This document shows, piece by piece, positions 44,762 through 54,657 of a stretch of 64,000 nt of DNA. The stretch lies in the sequence record NC_048170.1. One strand, written 5' to 3'. Under the pieces are notes generated by a model. That model did no database searches. It saw nothing but the letters and a program-made list of their open reading frames with translations, and had not been told where the DNA came from. Position 1 is the stretch's first letter. Every line of letters begins with the position of its first letter. Both the position numbers and the translations under genes were made by a program. This DNA comes from Escherichia phage vB_EcoM_Goslar.

Positions 44762-45525
44762 TCGTCAATATCTCCTTCTACAAACAGAGTCAATTTGATT
44801 TCAGGGTCATAGAACATAGTAATCACATCATCCTGCTCTACTGAACGTTGCGCTGTCCATATTAACTGTTCATCCCGAATATCAAATTTATGTCGTTCGT
44901 CACTCACCACAGCTTCCGCATCAACGTAATGGTAAACTTCACCGAGAGGATTCTCAATCCAGCCGCGTACCATCAAACGTTCTTTTTGTTTACGTGTAAA
45001 GAAGCGATAAGGATCTTCGCACGTGCGCCATACATCCCCGTTCTCGTTAACCAGTTCATCATAAACTTTAGAGAGTTCGTCAGGTACCGGAATCAAAATG
45101 TTATCTTGATAGTTCGACCAGAAACGACGTACGTCTTGGATCAACTCATCGTCTGGGAGTTTAGTCGCTATGTTACTATAATCGATTTCAACAGTATCGA
45201 TATCAAGACGGGTAAACGGAAGAGCGTCTAGGTTTCCCACCATGACCTCGATATTATCATGATGAACACGAATCCATCCATCGAACCATCTGTACCCATC
45301 AGCTTGATATAACGTTGTATGATAAGTGACGACATTGATGTCTTCGAACGATTCTAATAAGGCTTTAGCTGCTAAAAGCGGTGAAAAGTTCTTCGATTGT
45401 CCTGGTTTACGTATTTCTTCTTTGATAAACAATTTACCAAGTATCGGGTGTTCGATAACAAAACCACAGGAAAGCATGATGCTTCCTTGATAACGTGCTT
45501 CTTGCATTTTCCATTCCTCAAACAA
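44758..45525 (-). CDS. Hypothetical protein (255 aa)
   Basis: ORF track. Confidence 0.8.
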   Translation of the reverse strand: MFEEWKMQEARYQGSIMLSCGFVIEHPILGKLFIKEEIRKPGQSKNFSPLLAAKALLESFEDINVVTYHTTLYQADGYRWFDGWIRVHHDNIEVMVGNLDALPFTRLDIDTVEIDYSNIATKLPDDELIQDVRRFWSNYQDNILIPVPDELSKVYDELVNENGDVWRTCEDPYRFFTRKQKERLMVRGWIENPLGEVYHYVDAEAVVSDERHKFDIRDEQLIWTAQRSVEQDDVITMFYDPEIKLTLFVEGDIDE

Positions 45526-45584
45526 AAGATTGTCTTTTACGCGACATGCTTACAAGTACACAGGTTACTGAATTTCTGTAAAAG

Positions 45585-46115
45585 TTAATTCTTGTTCTTT
45601 ACGATCTCTATCGCTTCCAGAATAGCGGTGTTTAATCGTTGACCACGTTCCTCCATTGTCCCGCCATCGCGATGTCTGAAGTTAACCGAGTGGATATCCC
45701 AAGCCCAATAGAGTGTCTCCGACGTGTCGTCTTCTCTGGTGGGATCGCTCAATCTGTTAACCCCAATTTGCCAAATATAATCAGCGGATTGTCGCTGCAA
45801 GCATTCTCCGATAGCGCTTATATAAGACAACCCTTCGGTCGTCACAGCGACGACAACATGTGGGTGTTTTTTGACTTCTTTGGTTGTTTGTTTGCCGTCC
45901 AATGTCACGCTGATCTTTTGAATTTCGTGCCCTTCACATGACCACATCGGTGCAATACCGGGCGCATCCAACAATGCCTGGCATGCGGGTAAAATTCCAG
46001 GTTCTATGATTTCTTCCTCTATAGCGGCACGCGCACGTGCTTTAAAACGGACTAATTGTTCTTCGGTGACAACAAAAGAAAACATGATTACTCCTTTCTG
46101 GTTCTTCCCCTCCAC
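45585..46115 (-). CDS. Hypothetical protein (176 aa)
   Basis: ORF track. Confidence 0.75.
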   Translation of the reverse strand: MEGKNQKGVIMFSFVVTEEQLVRFKARARAAIEEEIIEPGILPACQALLDAPGIAPMWSCEGHEIQKISVTLDGKQTTKEVKKHPHVVVAVTTEGLSYISAIGECLQRQSADYIWQIGVNRLSDPTREDDTSETLYWAWDIHSVNFRHRDGGTMEERGQRLNTAILEAIEIVKNKN

Positions 46116-46156
46116 AGCCTCAGGAAGAGAAGAACCGTTTGCTAAGTTGTTATGTA

Positions 46157-46414
46157 TTAAAATGCATTGATTGGACTGTTCAACGCTTTATCACGGATTT
46201 GAATCGCCGCCAGCATTGCTTTCTGGTACGAATCGTAGGCATCGACAGAAACAGTCGTATCAACCAATTCCTTTAATGCGGATTCAGCCGCTTTTACGCG
46301 GACGCGGAACTTGGTGATTGCGTTATCTTTGTTACGATAAACCGTGATGTGGTGCAGCGGTTGAACGTTAGTTTTATTGGTTTTAACAGATTTAGTTGCT
46401 TTGATCGTTTTCAT
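46157..46414 (-). CDS. Hypothetical small basic protein (85 aa)
   Basis: ORF track. Confidence 0.6.
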   Translation of the reverse strand: MKTIKATKSVKTNKTNVQPLHHITVYRNKDNAITKFRVRVKAAESALKELVDTTVSVDAYDSYQKAMLAAIQIRDKALNSPINAF

Positions 46415-46461
46415 GATGATTTCCTTCTTTATTAGGATGATTACATTTAGTCAGTTTAACA

Positions 46462-46495
46462 GCATAAACCCTTCCTGCGTAAGGCAGGAAGGGCG
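46462..46495 (-). terminator. Stem-loop (ACCCTTCCTGC / GCAGGAAGGGC), CATAAACCC family
   Basis: Perfect 11-bp inverted repeat downstream of the gene ending at 46508. Confidence 0.6.
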
Positions 46496-46507
46496 TACGG
46501 ATTTGTT

Positions 46508-47005
46508 TTACGTGTGTCGTCGTTTACCAAAGAAAATGTGGCTATCTACCACGGTGATATTGGTAGCATGTTTTCTGAAATGTTTAGGGCGAAGATGTTT
46601 CGCGTTAAAGAATACGGCTCCTCGTGTTGGGTCGGCTTTATGGTAAGCCGCAATGTCAGTATAACGTAATGTTGCGACCTCTCGTGCTATTGCTCTTGCT
46701 CGCTCAAAAGCAGCACGATCGCGTATGACAATACGCCTTTGTTTTGTCCAGGGGAATTGACCTCTTTGCAGTACGACGTCTTTGACGTTCGTAGGGAATC
46801 GGTAGTCCATAGATCGATTATGTATTAAAAACGCCACGGAGTATTGCCCTTTTACAGATTCGCCTCTGGCTTCCATATACACAGCACATGCGACGATCTC
46901 TTTCCGGCAATCGATTCTAGGTCCTGCGTTCACTGATGCTTGACTGAACGGTGTAATAAGCAACATAACAAGCCCTAAAATCAACGTGTGTAAAATACCT
47001 TGCAT
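46508..47005 (-). CDS. Putative secreted cell-wall hydrolase, SleB/CwlJ-like (Hydrolase_2-type domain)
   Basis: Signal-peptide-like N-terminus; CAVYMEARGESVKGQYSVAFLIHNR...QFPW matches the conserved SleB-family core. Confidence 0.55.
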   Translation of the reverse strand: MQGILHTLILGLVMLLITPFSQASVNAGPRIDCRKEIVACAVYMEARGESVKGQYSVAFLIHNRSMDYRFPTNVKDVVLQRGQFPWTKQRRIVIRDRAAFERARAIAREVATLRYTDIAAYHKADPTRGAVFFNAKHLRPKHFRKHATNITVVDSHIFFGKRRHT

Positions 47006-47097
47006 CTTAATAACCTCACGATAAGGTGCTGTCCACTGGCGTCTTGATAACGCATCCCGTCATCGGGTTGTTCTATTCAGCGGGCAGCAGGTTAGCG

Positions 47098-47310
47098 TCA
47101 GATGTTTGCCCGACATCCACGACAGAAATAAACGGTACTGAAAATACGGTCTCCTCTGGTTTGGCAATAAACATAACGTTGGATAACAGAACCCATTTCC
47201 CGCATCCAACGCGGTAAAGGTGTACATCGTTTGAAGTCATATAGTTTCTCAAAGATGTTAACCTCTACCGTCGAGCCATAGGTTGTATTTATCCCGAAGG
47301 TATGGCTCAC
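47098..47310 (-). CDS. Possible small protein (70 aa); weak
   Basis: ORF track only; would fill an otherwise noncoding 250-bp gap. Confidence 0.3.
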   Translation of the reverse strand: MSHTFGINTTYGSTVEVNIFEKLYDFKRCTPLPRWMREMGSVIQRYVYCQTRGDRIFSTVYFCRGCRANI

Positions 47311-47578
47311 GATAAATACGTCGATAGACTTGATGCGGTATAAACTTACAATTTACGAGTTCGTCGCTTAATTTATGCCGTCGCTCCATACCGTTGTGAA
47401 TACGACGTATCTCCCGGATATTAAAGGTTGTTTTATTCAAGAGAATAGACATAATGGCGGATCGATGATCCAGATTAAAGATCGCCATCACGCTTCGTAT
47501 CTCGCGTAAAACAACTTCTCTATCGACAAGGATGCGACTGTTGAGCTTAAGATTCTCCGTGATACCCATAACCTTCAT
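47258..47578 (-). CDS. Hypothetical protein (start probably at internal Met MKVMGITENL)
   Basis: ORF track 47258..47662; long overlap with the upstream gene suggests a later start. Confidence 0.5.
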   Translation of the reverse strand: MKVMGITENLKLNSRILVDREVVLREIRSVMAIFNLDHRSAIMSILLNKTTFNIREIRRIHNGMERRHKLSDELVNCKFIPHQVYRRIYREPYLRDKYNLWLDGRG

Positions 47579-47918
47579 CCTCGACACGACGACACATCGG
47601 TAAAAATAAACACCAGCTTGTTGCACTGAGGATCGCCGTTGCGATGATATTTGCGATATCACTCAGTCGAGCATCGACCTGCCACATAACAAGCATAAAA
47701 AGAACGTACGCGAACCCATACACGACAAACCGTTTTATGTTACGTGTCGACCATGTACAAATATACAAAAGGGGAAGCTGCCCTACAACACAAACGATGG
47801 TTCGGATAACGTAATAAACGCGTTCCGTCGATGTTTCAAAATCGATACCCACAGCAAAAATCCCAATCAGTATAAAAGTGATAAAGCAATAGATTTTTGC
47901 GTATTCTTTTAAACTCAT
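47547..47918 (-). CDS. Hypothetical integral membrane protein (123 aa, about 3-4 transmembrane segments)
   Basis: ORF track; hydrophobic segments. Confidence 0.65.
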   Translation of the reverse strand: MSLKEYAKIYCFITFILIGIFAVGIDFETSTERVYYVIRTIVCVVGQLPLLYICTWSTRNIKRFVVYGFAYVLFMLVMWQVDARLSDIANIIATAILSATSWCLFLPMCRRVEDEGYGYHGES

Positions 47919-47934
47919 AACTTTTCCTGTTCGT

Positions 47935-48168
47935 TTATTTGCGTTTTCCTACATTCCTCAACAAGGAAACGATAACGAATACCGCTATCATCAAAAAGAC
48001 GAACCATAACCCTACGTTAATTCGGGCAGCCGGTTCATCTACCATGAAGAACATCATTCCACAAAACCCAATCGCCATCCATGCTAAGACCATTCCTGTT
48101 AATCCCCGTAGTAGCATATGTCCCATCATGAACTCCTTCTTACTTTTTCTGATAAAGCGACGATTCAA
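47935..48168 (-). CDS. Small membrane protein (about 65-77 aa, two hydrophobic segments)
   Basis: ORF track; hydrophobicity. Confidence 0.55.
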   Translation of the reverse strand: MNRRFIRKSKKEFMMGHMLLRGLTGMVLAWMAIGFCGMMFFMVDEPAARINVGLWFVFLMIAVFVIVSLLRNVGKRK

Positions 48169-48302
48169 ATTTTAGAAACACCGCTAACGCGAGTGCGATT
48201 AATAACGCACGTACCCACATACCTCCTTGACAACTGTTATACAACATAAAGACCAGAGCGATGCCGCCCATATGCAGGCGGCACTTATCGAACAGTGTTG
48301 GT

Positions 48303-48530
48303 TTATACATAAGAGATTAAACGTTGAATGATTTTTACTTTACCTTTACCTGGGCCTTTCTTGCAGCGATTCAACAGACGGATACGGGTTCGAGTTACCA
48401 CGTCGCCATCATAATCAGCCTGGAACTGTGATAAAAAAGCAGGCTGTATCGGATCGACACCAGGATTGCTATAGAAAGGATTGAGACTTAAAAGAGAGTT
48501 AGCTGGAATCATCGTATTGTCCTTACTCAA
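48303..48530 (-). CDS. Hypothetical small protein (75 aa)
   Basis: ORF track. Confidence 0.5.
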   Translation of the reverse strand: MSKDNTMIPANSLLSLNPFYSNPGVDPIQPAFLSQFQADYDGDVVTRTRIRLLNRCKKGPGKGKVKIIQRLISYV

Positions 48531-48881
48531 TTATTTACCCAGATAGAGGTATTCACCACCCTGAACAACACCGGTTGCCGGATCGACAAGTATACGAACC
48601 CGTGCGTAGGTCTTGAAAGAGGGGTTGAAAACTTCGAAGTCTGCCACTTTCAATTTCACGCTGGGGTTGGTCGGGTTCTTAACTCCAGGGAGTTCTTTCG
48701 GGGTACCGAAATCAACACCGCATTCTTCAAGGTCTGCTGGTGTCATGCTCTCCATGGCCATGTAGATTGCTTTTGCTTTATCGTAAACTTCTGGGCTATC
48801 CAGCAATCCAGCCTGCGCTGAACCGACAACACTACCGAACAGAATAGCAACAGCAACAAACAATTTAGTTAACGTTTTCAT
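48531..48881 (-). CDS. Secreted/periplasmic small protein (116 aa) with cleavable signal peptide
   Basis: Signal peptide MKTLTKLFVAVAILFGSVVGSAQA. Confidence 0.7.
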   Translation of the reverse strand: MKTLTKLFVAVAILFGSVVGSAQAGLLDSPEVYDKAKAIYMAMESMTPADLEECGVDFGTPKELPGVKNPTNPSVKLKVADFEVFNPSFKTYARVRILVDPATGVVQGGEYLYLGK

Positions 48882-48917
48882 GATATTTTCCTCGAAAGTA
48901 AAATGTTACAATACCTA

Positions 48918-49340
48918 TTAACGTACGGCCACTACACTGTTAGCGCATGCCTGAATATCATCGGTATTTACGATGATGGTTTCGTTAAACGCACGAATAC
49001 GCGCACGACGTGCTTCTTTAAGGCTGGCGATTGCATTAGCAGCTTGATCTGTATTCGCAAGGCTAATAACCGGGATCAAACGCATGTCAGGACTACAGAT
49101 ATTCAATGCTTGGTATACACGTCCATTGATTCCTACGGTATCAGACATCGGATAGTGCGCACGGCATTGAAATTGACCCATGACAACAAGCGAACGATCG
49201 GAGATACCAATCTGATAACGACCGTCTTCGCTGTAGGCGTAGCAGTTATTCCCACGAGCCATCCAGTTAGCCTGTGCTTGCGTGCTAACAAAAGCCAGGG
49301 TGGTGACGATAGCGAATACGATATTTTTGAACAGTTTCAT
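48918..49340 (-). CDS. Secreted/periplasmic protein (~140 aa; start at MKLFKN)
   Basis: Signal peptide MKLFKNIVFAIVTTLAFVSTQAQA; track start 49409 would run through the terminator hairpin of the upstream gene. Confidence 0.7.
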   Translation of the reverse strand: MKLFKNIVFAIVTTLAFVSTQAQANWMARGNNCYAYSEDGRYQIGISDRSLVVMGQFQCRAHYPMSDTVGINGRVYQALNICSPDMRLIPVISLANTDQAANAIASLKEARRARIRAFNETIIVNTDDIQACANSVVAVR

Positions 49341-49373
49341 GATAAAGATCCTTATTGAAATAAAATCGGTATA

Positions 49374-49396
49374 AAGGCCCCCATTTAGGGGGACCT
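49374..49396 (-). terminator. Stem-loop (GGCCCCC / GGGGGACC)
   Basis: Inverted repeat downstream of the gene ending at 49399. Confidence 0.5.
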
Positions 49397-49398
49397 GA

Positions 49399-49716
49399 TT
49401 AGTTTGCACGTAAGAAATGACCCAGAACCGTTACGATTGGAAACAGCCCCGTAACAGTATTATCACCCGAAAACATCATCATTGTTCCGTTAACGGTGAT
49501 GAAACGGATGTCGGTTGCGGACCCATCGATAGCGACAAAACGCATCGAGTTCGGTGGAAGGTCCTCAACCACTTCCACGAGGTACTCGCGATTATCAAAG
49601 GCTTCTTTAACACGACGCATGAAACGAATCAAGGTTCCTTCCGCGTCAGCTTCCAAATGACCTAAGATATCGCGATTATTACGAATAGCAAATACAGCCA
49701 TTTTAAACATACTCAT
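49399..49716 (-). CDS. Hypothetical protein (105 aa)
   Basis: ORF track; preceded by the conserved upstream element. Confidence 0.7.
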   Translation of the reverse strand: MSMFKMAVFAIRNNRDILGHLEADAEGTLIRFMRRVKEAFDNREYLVEVVEDLPPNSMRFVAIDGSATDIRFITVNGTMMMFSGDNTVTGLFPIVTVLGHFLRAN

Positions 49717-49812
49717 CTTGACATCCTTTTATATTGGATTGGTTGCTAATAATTCAAGGTGAAGCTGATTACTGCATTGCTTCACCTAAGTAATATAGCC
49801 GTGAAAATTAAT
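49717..49812 (-). promoter_or_regulatory. Conserved upstream element, copy B (see 22623..22735)
   Basis: Same conserved flanks as copy A with a different, self-complementary hairpin (GGTGAAGC / GCTTCACC). Confidence 0.45.
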
Positions 49813-49824
49813 GTATTAACCCAT

Positions 49825-50778
49825 TCACGCTTTTGCTAAGTAGGGTTGGATCTCATTAATCCGTTTAACCACAACCTCAGGGAAAAGTTTGAGTATTTCA
49901 TCAGGTGGTATCGTACCTTCTGTCCAACGATAGCGTTCGACCATCTCGATGCGTGGACTCCCTCCGACATCAGCGATACGAAAGATACAGGCGATGCCTA
50001 AATCGAAGCATACGCTGTAAATATCTTCCGTACCTCCTTTATCAGCAAGTATTTTCGCAAAATGCTCGTTGTCAGGAAGAATGGCTAAATTACGGATACA
50101 CCAAACATTACTACCCATTTCTTCAAGTTTTGGGTAAGTTAAAGTGTGTCCGTATTGTGTTAACCATCGATGACTTTCGAGGTAGAAGTCCTTATCCCCT
50201 GGTCGATAACCCAATATCACTCCCGTGTAGAAGAGATTGGGCATATCGAGCAGTTCTCGAATCGTTGGGCCGGTATGCTCCCAGAGACAGATTTGTTTAC
50301 GGTCTATATCGTAATCTGTGACGTTACTCACCTCCCAACTTATCGTAAGTTCATCGGCAACACGCCAACCTAAAGCATGTTCGCCACCAAGCAGATTAAC
50401 AATGGCCGATATTTCATACTTGTCAAATACGCCTAAATTACGCGGTGGTTGCATCGTACGTAATGGCTCCCACAGCACACTGTAATCATAGAGCAAATGG
50501 CGACATAAACTTTTTGTTAGGGGTGTCTGTTCAGTGAAAAGTGGAAGAATCACCGTATCCAATAACGGGCGTAACGGATGATCGTTCGGTGGTAACGGGG
50601 CAGCCAGCCGACCTCCTTCTTTGGGGTAATCGAGACCAAACCCGTAACGCTCCGAAATAAGCGCAACCAGCACTTTTGCTACGCGGTTACGTAGCATGCG
50701 ATGGATATCATCACTGTAACTGAATTTCGGTTTATTTCCGCAAACGAAGGTGAAGTATCTAGGCGATAGCTTAACCAT
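49825..50778 (-). CDS. Hypothetical protein (~317 aa)
   Basis: ORF track 49825..50835; start trimmed to an internal Met to limit overlap. Confidence 0.75.
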   Translation of the reverse strand: MVKLSPRYFTFVCGNKPKFSYSDDIHRMLRNRVAKVLVALISERYGFGLDYPKEGGRLAAPLPPNDHPLRPLLDTVILPLFTEQTPLTKSLCRHLLYDYSVLWEPLRTMQPPRNLGVFDKYEISAIVNLLGGEHALGWRVADELTISWEVSNVTDYDIDRKQICLWEHTGPTIRELLDMPNLFYTGVILGYRPGDKDFYLESHRWLTQYGHTLTYPKLEEMGSNVWCIRNLAILPDNEHFAKILADKGGTEDIYSVCFDLGIACIFRIADVGGSPRIEMVERYRWTEGTIPPDEILKLFPEVVVKRINEIQPYLAKA

Positions 50779-50788
50779 AGTCTTTTCC

Positions 50789-51235
50789 TTAATCCAGATA
50801 GTACGTGATGGATAGGTCTTTTCCATCGAATACAATATCCGTGCAGTCGTGGATGGTCGGTAATACCATTTTTGCTGCTATTGGGACGTATGCTTGCAAC
50901 TCCATGAAGTTATTCATACGGAACGCACGACGTACCATCAACGGCGTTAGTGTAAACGTTACGCTAACGTTACCGCTTGGGAGCAGGTGCATTATCGCAT
51001 GCCCGTGATCGCACCAGCAATGGTTTTCGATCCATCCGGTGTAAATCAGAATATCTTTATCTTCGTCGTAATAAGCAATACCGGTCTGCTTTAAGTGGCT
51101 GGTAAATCGAGAGGCTTGCTCGTAGCCTGCACGCAACATTCGAGCAACCAGTCGAGTATTGTTAGCGATTCGATTCTGTTCGTTGGTTTTTGTGGTTTTG
51201 AAAATTTCGATACGTTCTGCTTTTGTAATTTGCAT
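50789..51235 (-). CDS. Hypothetical protein (148 aa)
   Basis: ORF track. Confidence 0.75.
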   Translation of the reverse strand: MQITKAERIEIFKTTKTNEQNRIANNTRLVARMLRAGYEQASRFTSHLKQTGIAYYDEDKDILIYTGWIENHCWCDHGHAIMHLLPSGNVSVTFTLTPLMVRRAFRMNNFMELQAYVPIAAKMVLPTIHDCTDIVFDGKDLSITYYLD

Positions 51236-51237
51236 GG

Positions 51238-51654
51238 TTACTGTCCTATTGAATTGTGTTTAAATAATTGGATAAATGGGGTACCAAATAAAGGGCTATA
51301 TGAATGTATTCGGTTCTCCTCCGATTCGTAATACTCGATAGGCCACGATATTGGTTTAGGTAGACGATCTAATGCTTGCAACACAGCGTGTTTAACATCA
51401 TTACTTTCGATCGGATACGGAAGTACCGTCGACGAACAGAACACGCGTGTTCGATGTAAATAAATGAGATGCTGCTGTAGCTTAGACAAACGCCTACGCT
51501 TGATTAAGAAACCGATTACGCGGCAATCGGGGTGATCGTAGTGATAACGTGCGCTATCGAAATAAGCCCGTTCCCCTTTAGCAATGAGATACTTTATCGC
51601 TTGCATGAAAGAGTAACGGCGTAATTCTCCATCAGCCAACATAACACGAATCAT
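51238..51654 (-). CDS. Hypothetical protein (138 aa)
   Basis: ORF track. Confidence 0.75.
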   Translation of the reverse strand: MIRVMLADGELRRYSFMQAIKYLIAKGERAYFDSARYHYDHPDCRVIGFLIKRRRLSKLQQHLIYLHRTRVFCSSTVLPYPIESNDVKHAVLQALDRLPKPISWPIEYYESEENRIHSYSPLFGTPFIQLFKHNSIGQ

Positions 51655-52253
51655 TACTTAGGTTCCAGTGTTGGTCCGAACAACCAGAATGTCAGACGCT
51701 GGTAAACCTGTTCGATGACTGCGGCTTCTGTTTGCTCTTCTAGTGCTTTCCCTTTCTTATGTTGTATTTCTGGCGGGATGTCGCCGTTGTAAACATACTC
51801 TGTTGAGAAGTCCCACGCCAGCCGTTTACCGAAAGTGGGTAAGAACACCTCTTCGAATCGGAACGCTTTCGAATTCCAATGAAGCAGCTGATCGGATTCA
51901 ACATGTAAAGCTTTATTACGTTTGCTTGGCATGTTTCCGAAGTACTGAACGATAGCTGATTTCATAACCTGATCTGCGAAGTCTTTGGCTTCGGCCTCAT
52001 CGAGGGGAGGCAGACGATGCGACAGATTCAGCTTGCGTTGCTCAACATCGATCTTACGCATTGCTTTAATCAAATCACCAGGAACGATTTTACCCTTATG
52101 GCCTTCCTGTCGATGTACGAAACACCCCTGGAATAGCACGCAAAGTTCTTGAGGTGCGGTACTTTCCATTCGTCCGTAAGCAACGATCACCGATCGACGA
52201 CGATCGATAACTTCACGGATAAACCGCGGCTCAGTAATACTCACCACTGTCAT
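51654..52253 (-). CDS. Hypothetical protein (199 aa)
   Basis: ORF track. Confidence 0.8.
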   Translation of the reverse strand: MTVVSITEPRFIREVIDRRRSVIVAYGRMESTAPQELCVLFQGCFVHRQEGHKGKIVPGDLIKAMRKIDVEQRKLNLSHRLPPLDEAEAKDFADQVMKSAIVQYFGNMPSKRNKALHVESDQLLHWNSKAFRFEEVFLPTFGKRLAWDFSTEYVYNGDIPPEIQHKKGKALEEQTEAAVIEQVYQRLTFWLFGPTLEPK

Positions 52254-52297
52254 TTAAAGCCCTCTTTATCTTTTTCCATTTCTCTTTACATAACCAC

Positions 52298-52990
52298 TTA
52301 AGACGTTGCCATCTTACCTTCCAGAGACTTCTTCGGTAAACCATGGATAACTCCTTCCGGGGTTAAGAACACACAGTCTGGATTCTGCGTTCGTGAACGG
52401 TCTTCTGGACTGTTCAACGAGAACAACAACGCAGAAATACCTTTTGTCCGATTTAACGTTGCGACGATCACATCAAGCTGCCGTAGCGCATCCGATACGG
52501 TTCGATGTGGAACGATTCGCGACTGTTTGAAGCTGGCTAACCGCCAAGTCTCGAACAAACAACGCAGTTTAAACACGTCGGACGGAATAGCTGTAGATCC
52601 CTGTTCGATAACCTCAACCCGATCAGCTTCAGGATAACCTACAGCAACCGCACTAAAGTGTCTTACCCCATTATGAAAATCATCGATAGACGCTTCAGCG
52701 TATTTACATACCGTACCAGAAACGACCATCACTTTTGCTAAACCGCGATAATTGATCGTTAACGGAATACGAAATACACGTAAAGCATGTTCCGGATTTA
52801 ATGAGACGTCATTCACTTTCGCAGATACCAGCGCACCTCGTTCATATCGAGCTTTGAACGGCAGCCCATTATAAACGGGATTGATCACAACGCCCCCTGG
52901 GGAGGCGTTAGCGTTAAGATGAGTGTTAAGCCAATCGGATACTTCCTGTCTGCTGGTTACGATCAACATAAAACGGTCCTCCATTTCTTT
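52298..52990 (-). CDS. Hypothetical protein (~230 aa; start trimmed)
   Basis: ORF track 52298..53104; its 5' extension overlaps the methyltransferase gene. Confidence 0.7.
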   Translation of the reverse strand, partial: KEMEDRFMLIVTSRQEVSDWLNTHLNANASPGGVVINPVYNGLPFKARYERGALVSAKVNDVSLNPEHALRVFRIPLTINYRGLAKVMVVSGTVCKYAEASIDDFHNGVRHFSAVAVGYPEADRVEVIEQGSTAIPSDVFKLRCLFETWRLASFKQSRIVPHRTVSDALRQLDVIVATLNRTKGISALLFSLNSPEDRSRTQNPDCVFLTPEGVIHGLPKKSLEGKMATS

Positions 52991-52994
52991 TCCT

Positions 52995-53645
52995 TCATTC
53001 ATGACGCATATCTTCCAAATCATCCTTTTGTTTTGTAAATTCTGATTGCTTGCGATAAACCGTCCATAAGTCGTATATACCGTGAAAGTTAAGATGGCGC
53101 GCATTTAAGTTAACGGTGAATTCTTCCACAGAGGCAAAATCCGAACGAAGCATCGAATGGAAGGTGTCATCTCCAGTGCAGCCTCCGTATCCTTCACCCT
53201 GATAGACCAAAAGCTGGTGAGGTTGGATACGTGCGGCAACCAATGCAGCTTGTGGTTCGTCGTAAGGCGGCCACGACAGTAGAATAACGTCGTACTGTGA
53301 AAGATCGATGTTTGTGTAGTCGGCTTGCTGGATATCATCAATAAACGGATGGGGATGTATTGCGGTGTCGTACGCGGTAACGTCCTCAACACCAAGTTTA
53401 CGTAACACGTAAGTCAGATAACCTGTCCCACAACCCAAGTCAGCGATGCGTCGTCCGTAACAGATGTTCGCTAACTGGAGCGCGGTATCCATGGTTAACA
53501 ACGACCATCCGATGTGCTGAGTGTATTCTTCACGCATATCCCATTGTTGTCGATACGGCATCGGTTCTAAGATAGCAGCAAGCTGCTGGTACGGCAACGG
53601 CATTTTGGTTTCGCCTTGCGTGAGTAATGCGATAACATCGTTCAT
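52995..53645 (-). CDS. SAM-dependent methyltransferase (Rossmann-fold class I)
   Basis: Motif I DLGCGTGYLT; start trimmed to MNDVIALL because a hairpin lies in the track's 5' extension. Confidence 0.65.
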   Translation of the reverse strand: MNDVIALLTQGETKMPLPYQQLAAILEPMPYRQQWDMREEYTQHIGWSLLTMDTALQLANICYGRRIADLGCGTGYLTYVLRKLGVEDVTAYDTAIHPHPFIDDIQQADYTNIDLSQYDVILLSWPPYDEPQAALVAARIQPHQLLVYQGEGYGGCTGDDTFHSMLRSDFASVEEFTVNLNARHLNFHGIYDLWTVYRKQSEFTKQKDDLEDMRHE

Positions 53646-53693
53646 TTTGTTTCCTTTTATCGGCATAAGCCCTCCCATGCCGGGAGGGTACAA

Positions 53694-54122
53694 TTATTCA
53701 TTTTCAATAACTTTAAGATTCGGTGTACCGAGCGTTTTCTTCACCAACGCTTCGGCAACACGTTTCTCGATGAAATCGGTTGCATTGCTTCCGTCTATCG
53801 TACGCATATCGCCACGGAAATTGCTGAAGACCATAAACAAGTCACAACCATCGATAGGTATCGCAAGATCATAACTGACTTGTGATGCTGTGAAATGGAC
53901 ACCCACGACAACGGCGGGAACGAATTTAACCGCTATGTTATCTCCTTCTTCTCCGGTTCCGAACGGAAGCTCAACACGATCACCGATAGAGAACTGTGAG
54001 ACATCATTAATCGCGTGAGTTAGTGCGATTCGTTGCATGTCGGCGATCTTTTCCTTATTCGCGTCGCAAGGTAGGTCCAAGACTTCTTCCAACGTGAAGA
54101 ATTTACGATCGAACCAGCTCAT
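53694..54122 (-). CDS. Hypothetical protein (142 aa)
   Basis: ORF track. Confidence 0.75.
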   Translation of the reverse strand: MSWFDRKFFTLEEVLDLPCDANKEKIADMQRIALTHAINDVSQFSIGDRVELPFGTGEEGDNIAVKFVPAVVVGVHFTASQVSYDLAIPIDGCDLFMVFSNFRGDMRTIDGSNATDFIEKRVAEALVKKTLGTPNLKVIENE

Positions 54123-54123
54123 G

Positions 54124-54657
54124 TTAAGCTCCTTTGTGTTTTACGGACGATGTTAACCAGGACGATCTTACCGTGAAACCCTCAGACTCGTAGAACGCCT
54201 GGGCTTCGTCGTTATCAGCACGAACATCCAGACCGATAGAATGACCACCGCATCGGTAAGCGATGTTACGTGCTTCATTCATCAAGGCGTGGCCGATCCC
54301 GCGTCCACGGTATTCCGGTTTTACAATAATCGATGTAACATCGTGAATACCCATATGGCTCTCTGTATTCACTTCCAAGAGACCCACTGGTACTGAAGCG
54401 ATAGCATCGATCATAACGACCAACTTTGCGGTGTCTGGTAAACGCTTTTCTAATTCTAAAGCATCGTACTCGCGTTTTAAATCGGGGATATTCTCAAACA
54501 TAAACGTGGTAGCCCATGCCTCTGATTCTACATCGTCGAGAATACGGTACAGCTCACGAATCTGTCGTTTATGTGGGTAAAGGTGTGGATCGGCAGCCGT
54601 TGAGGCGATAACGCAATAGAACGGTCGTTCATTAATAACTACTGTTTTGATGCTCAT
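54124..54657 (-). CDS. GNAT-family N-acetyltransferase
   Basis: Acetyl-CoA-binding motif IIVKPEYRGRGIGHALMNEA. Confidence 0.7.
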   Translation of the reverse strand: MSIKTVVINERPFYCVIASTAADPHLYPHKRQIRELYRILDDVESEAWATTFMFENIPDLKREYDALELEKRLPDTAKLVVMIDAIASVPVGLLEVNTESHMGIHDVTSIIVKPEYRGRGIGHALMNEARNIAYRCGGHSIGLDVRADNDEAQAFYESEGFTVRSSWLTSSVKHKGA

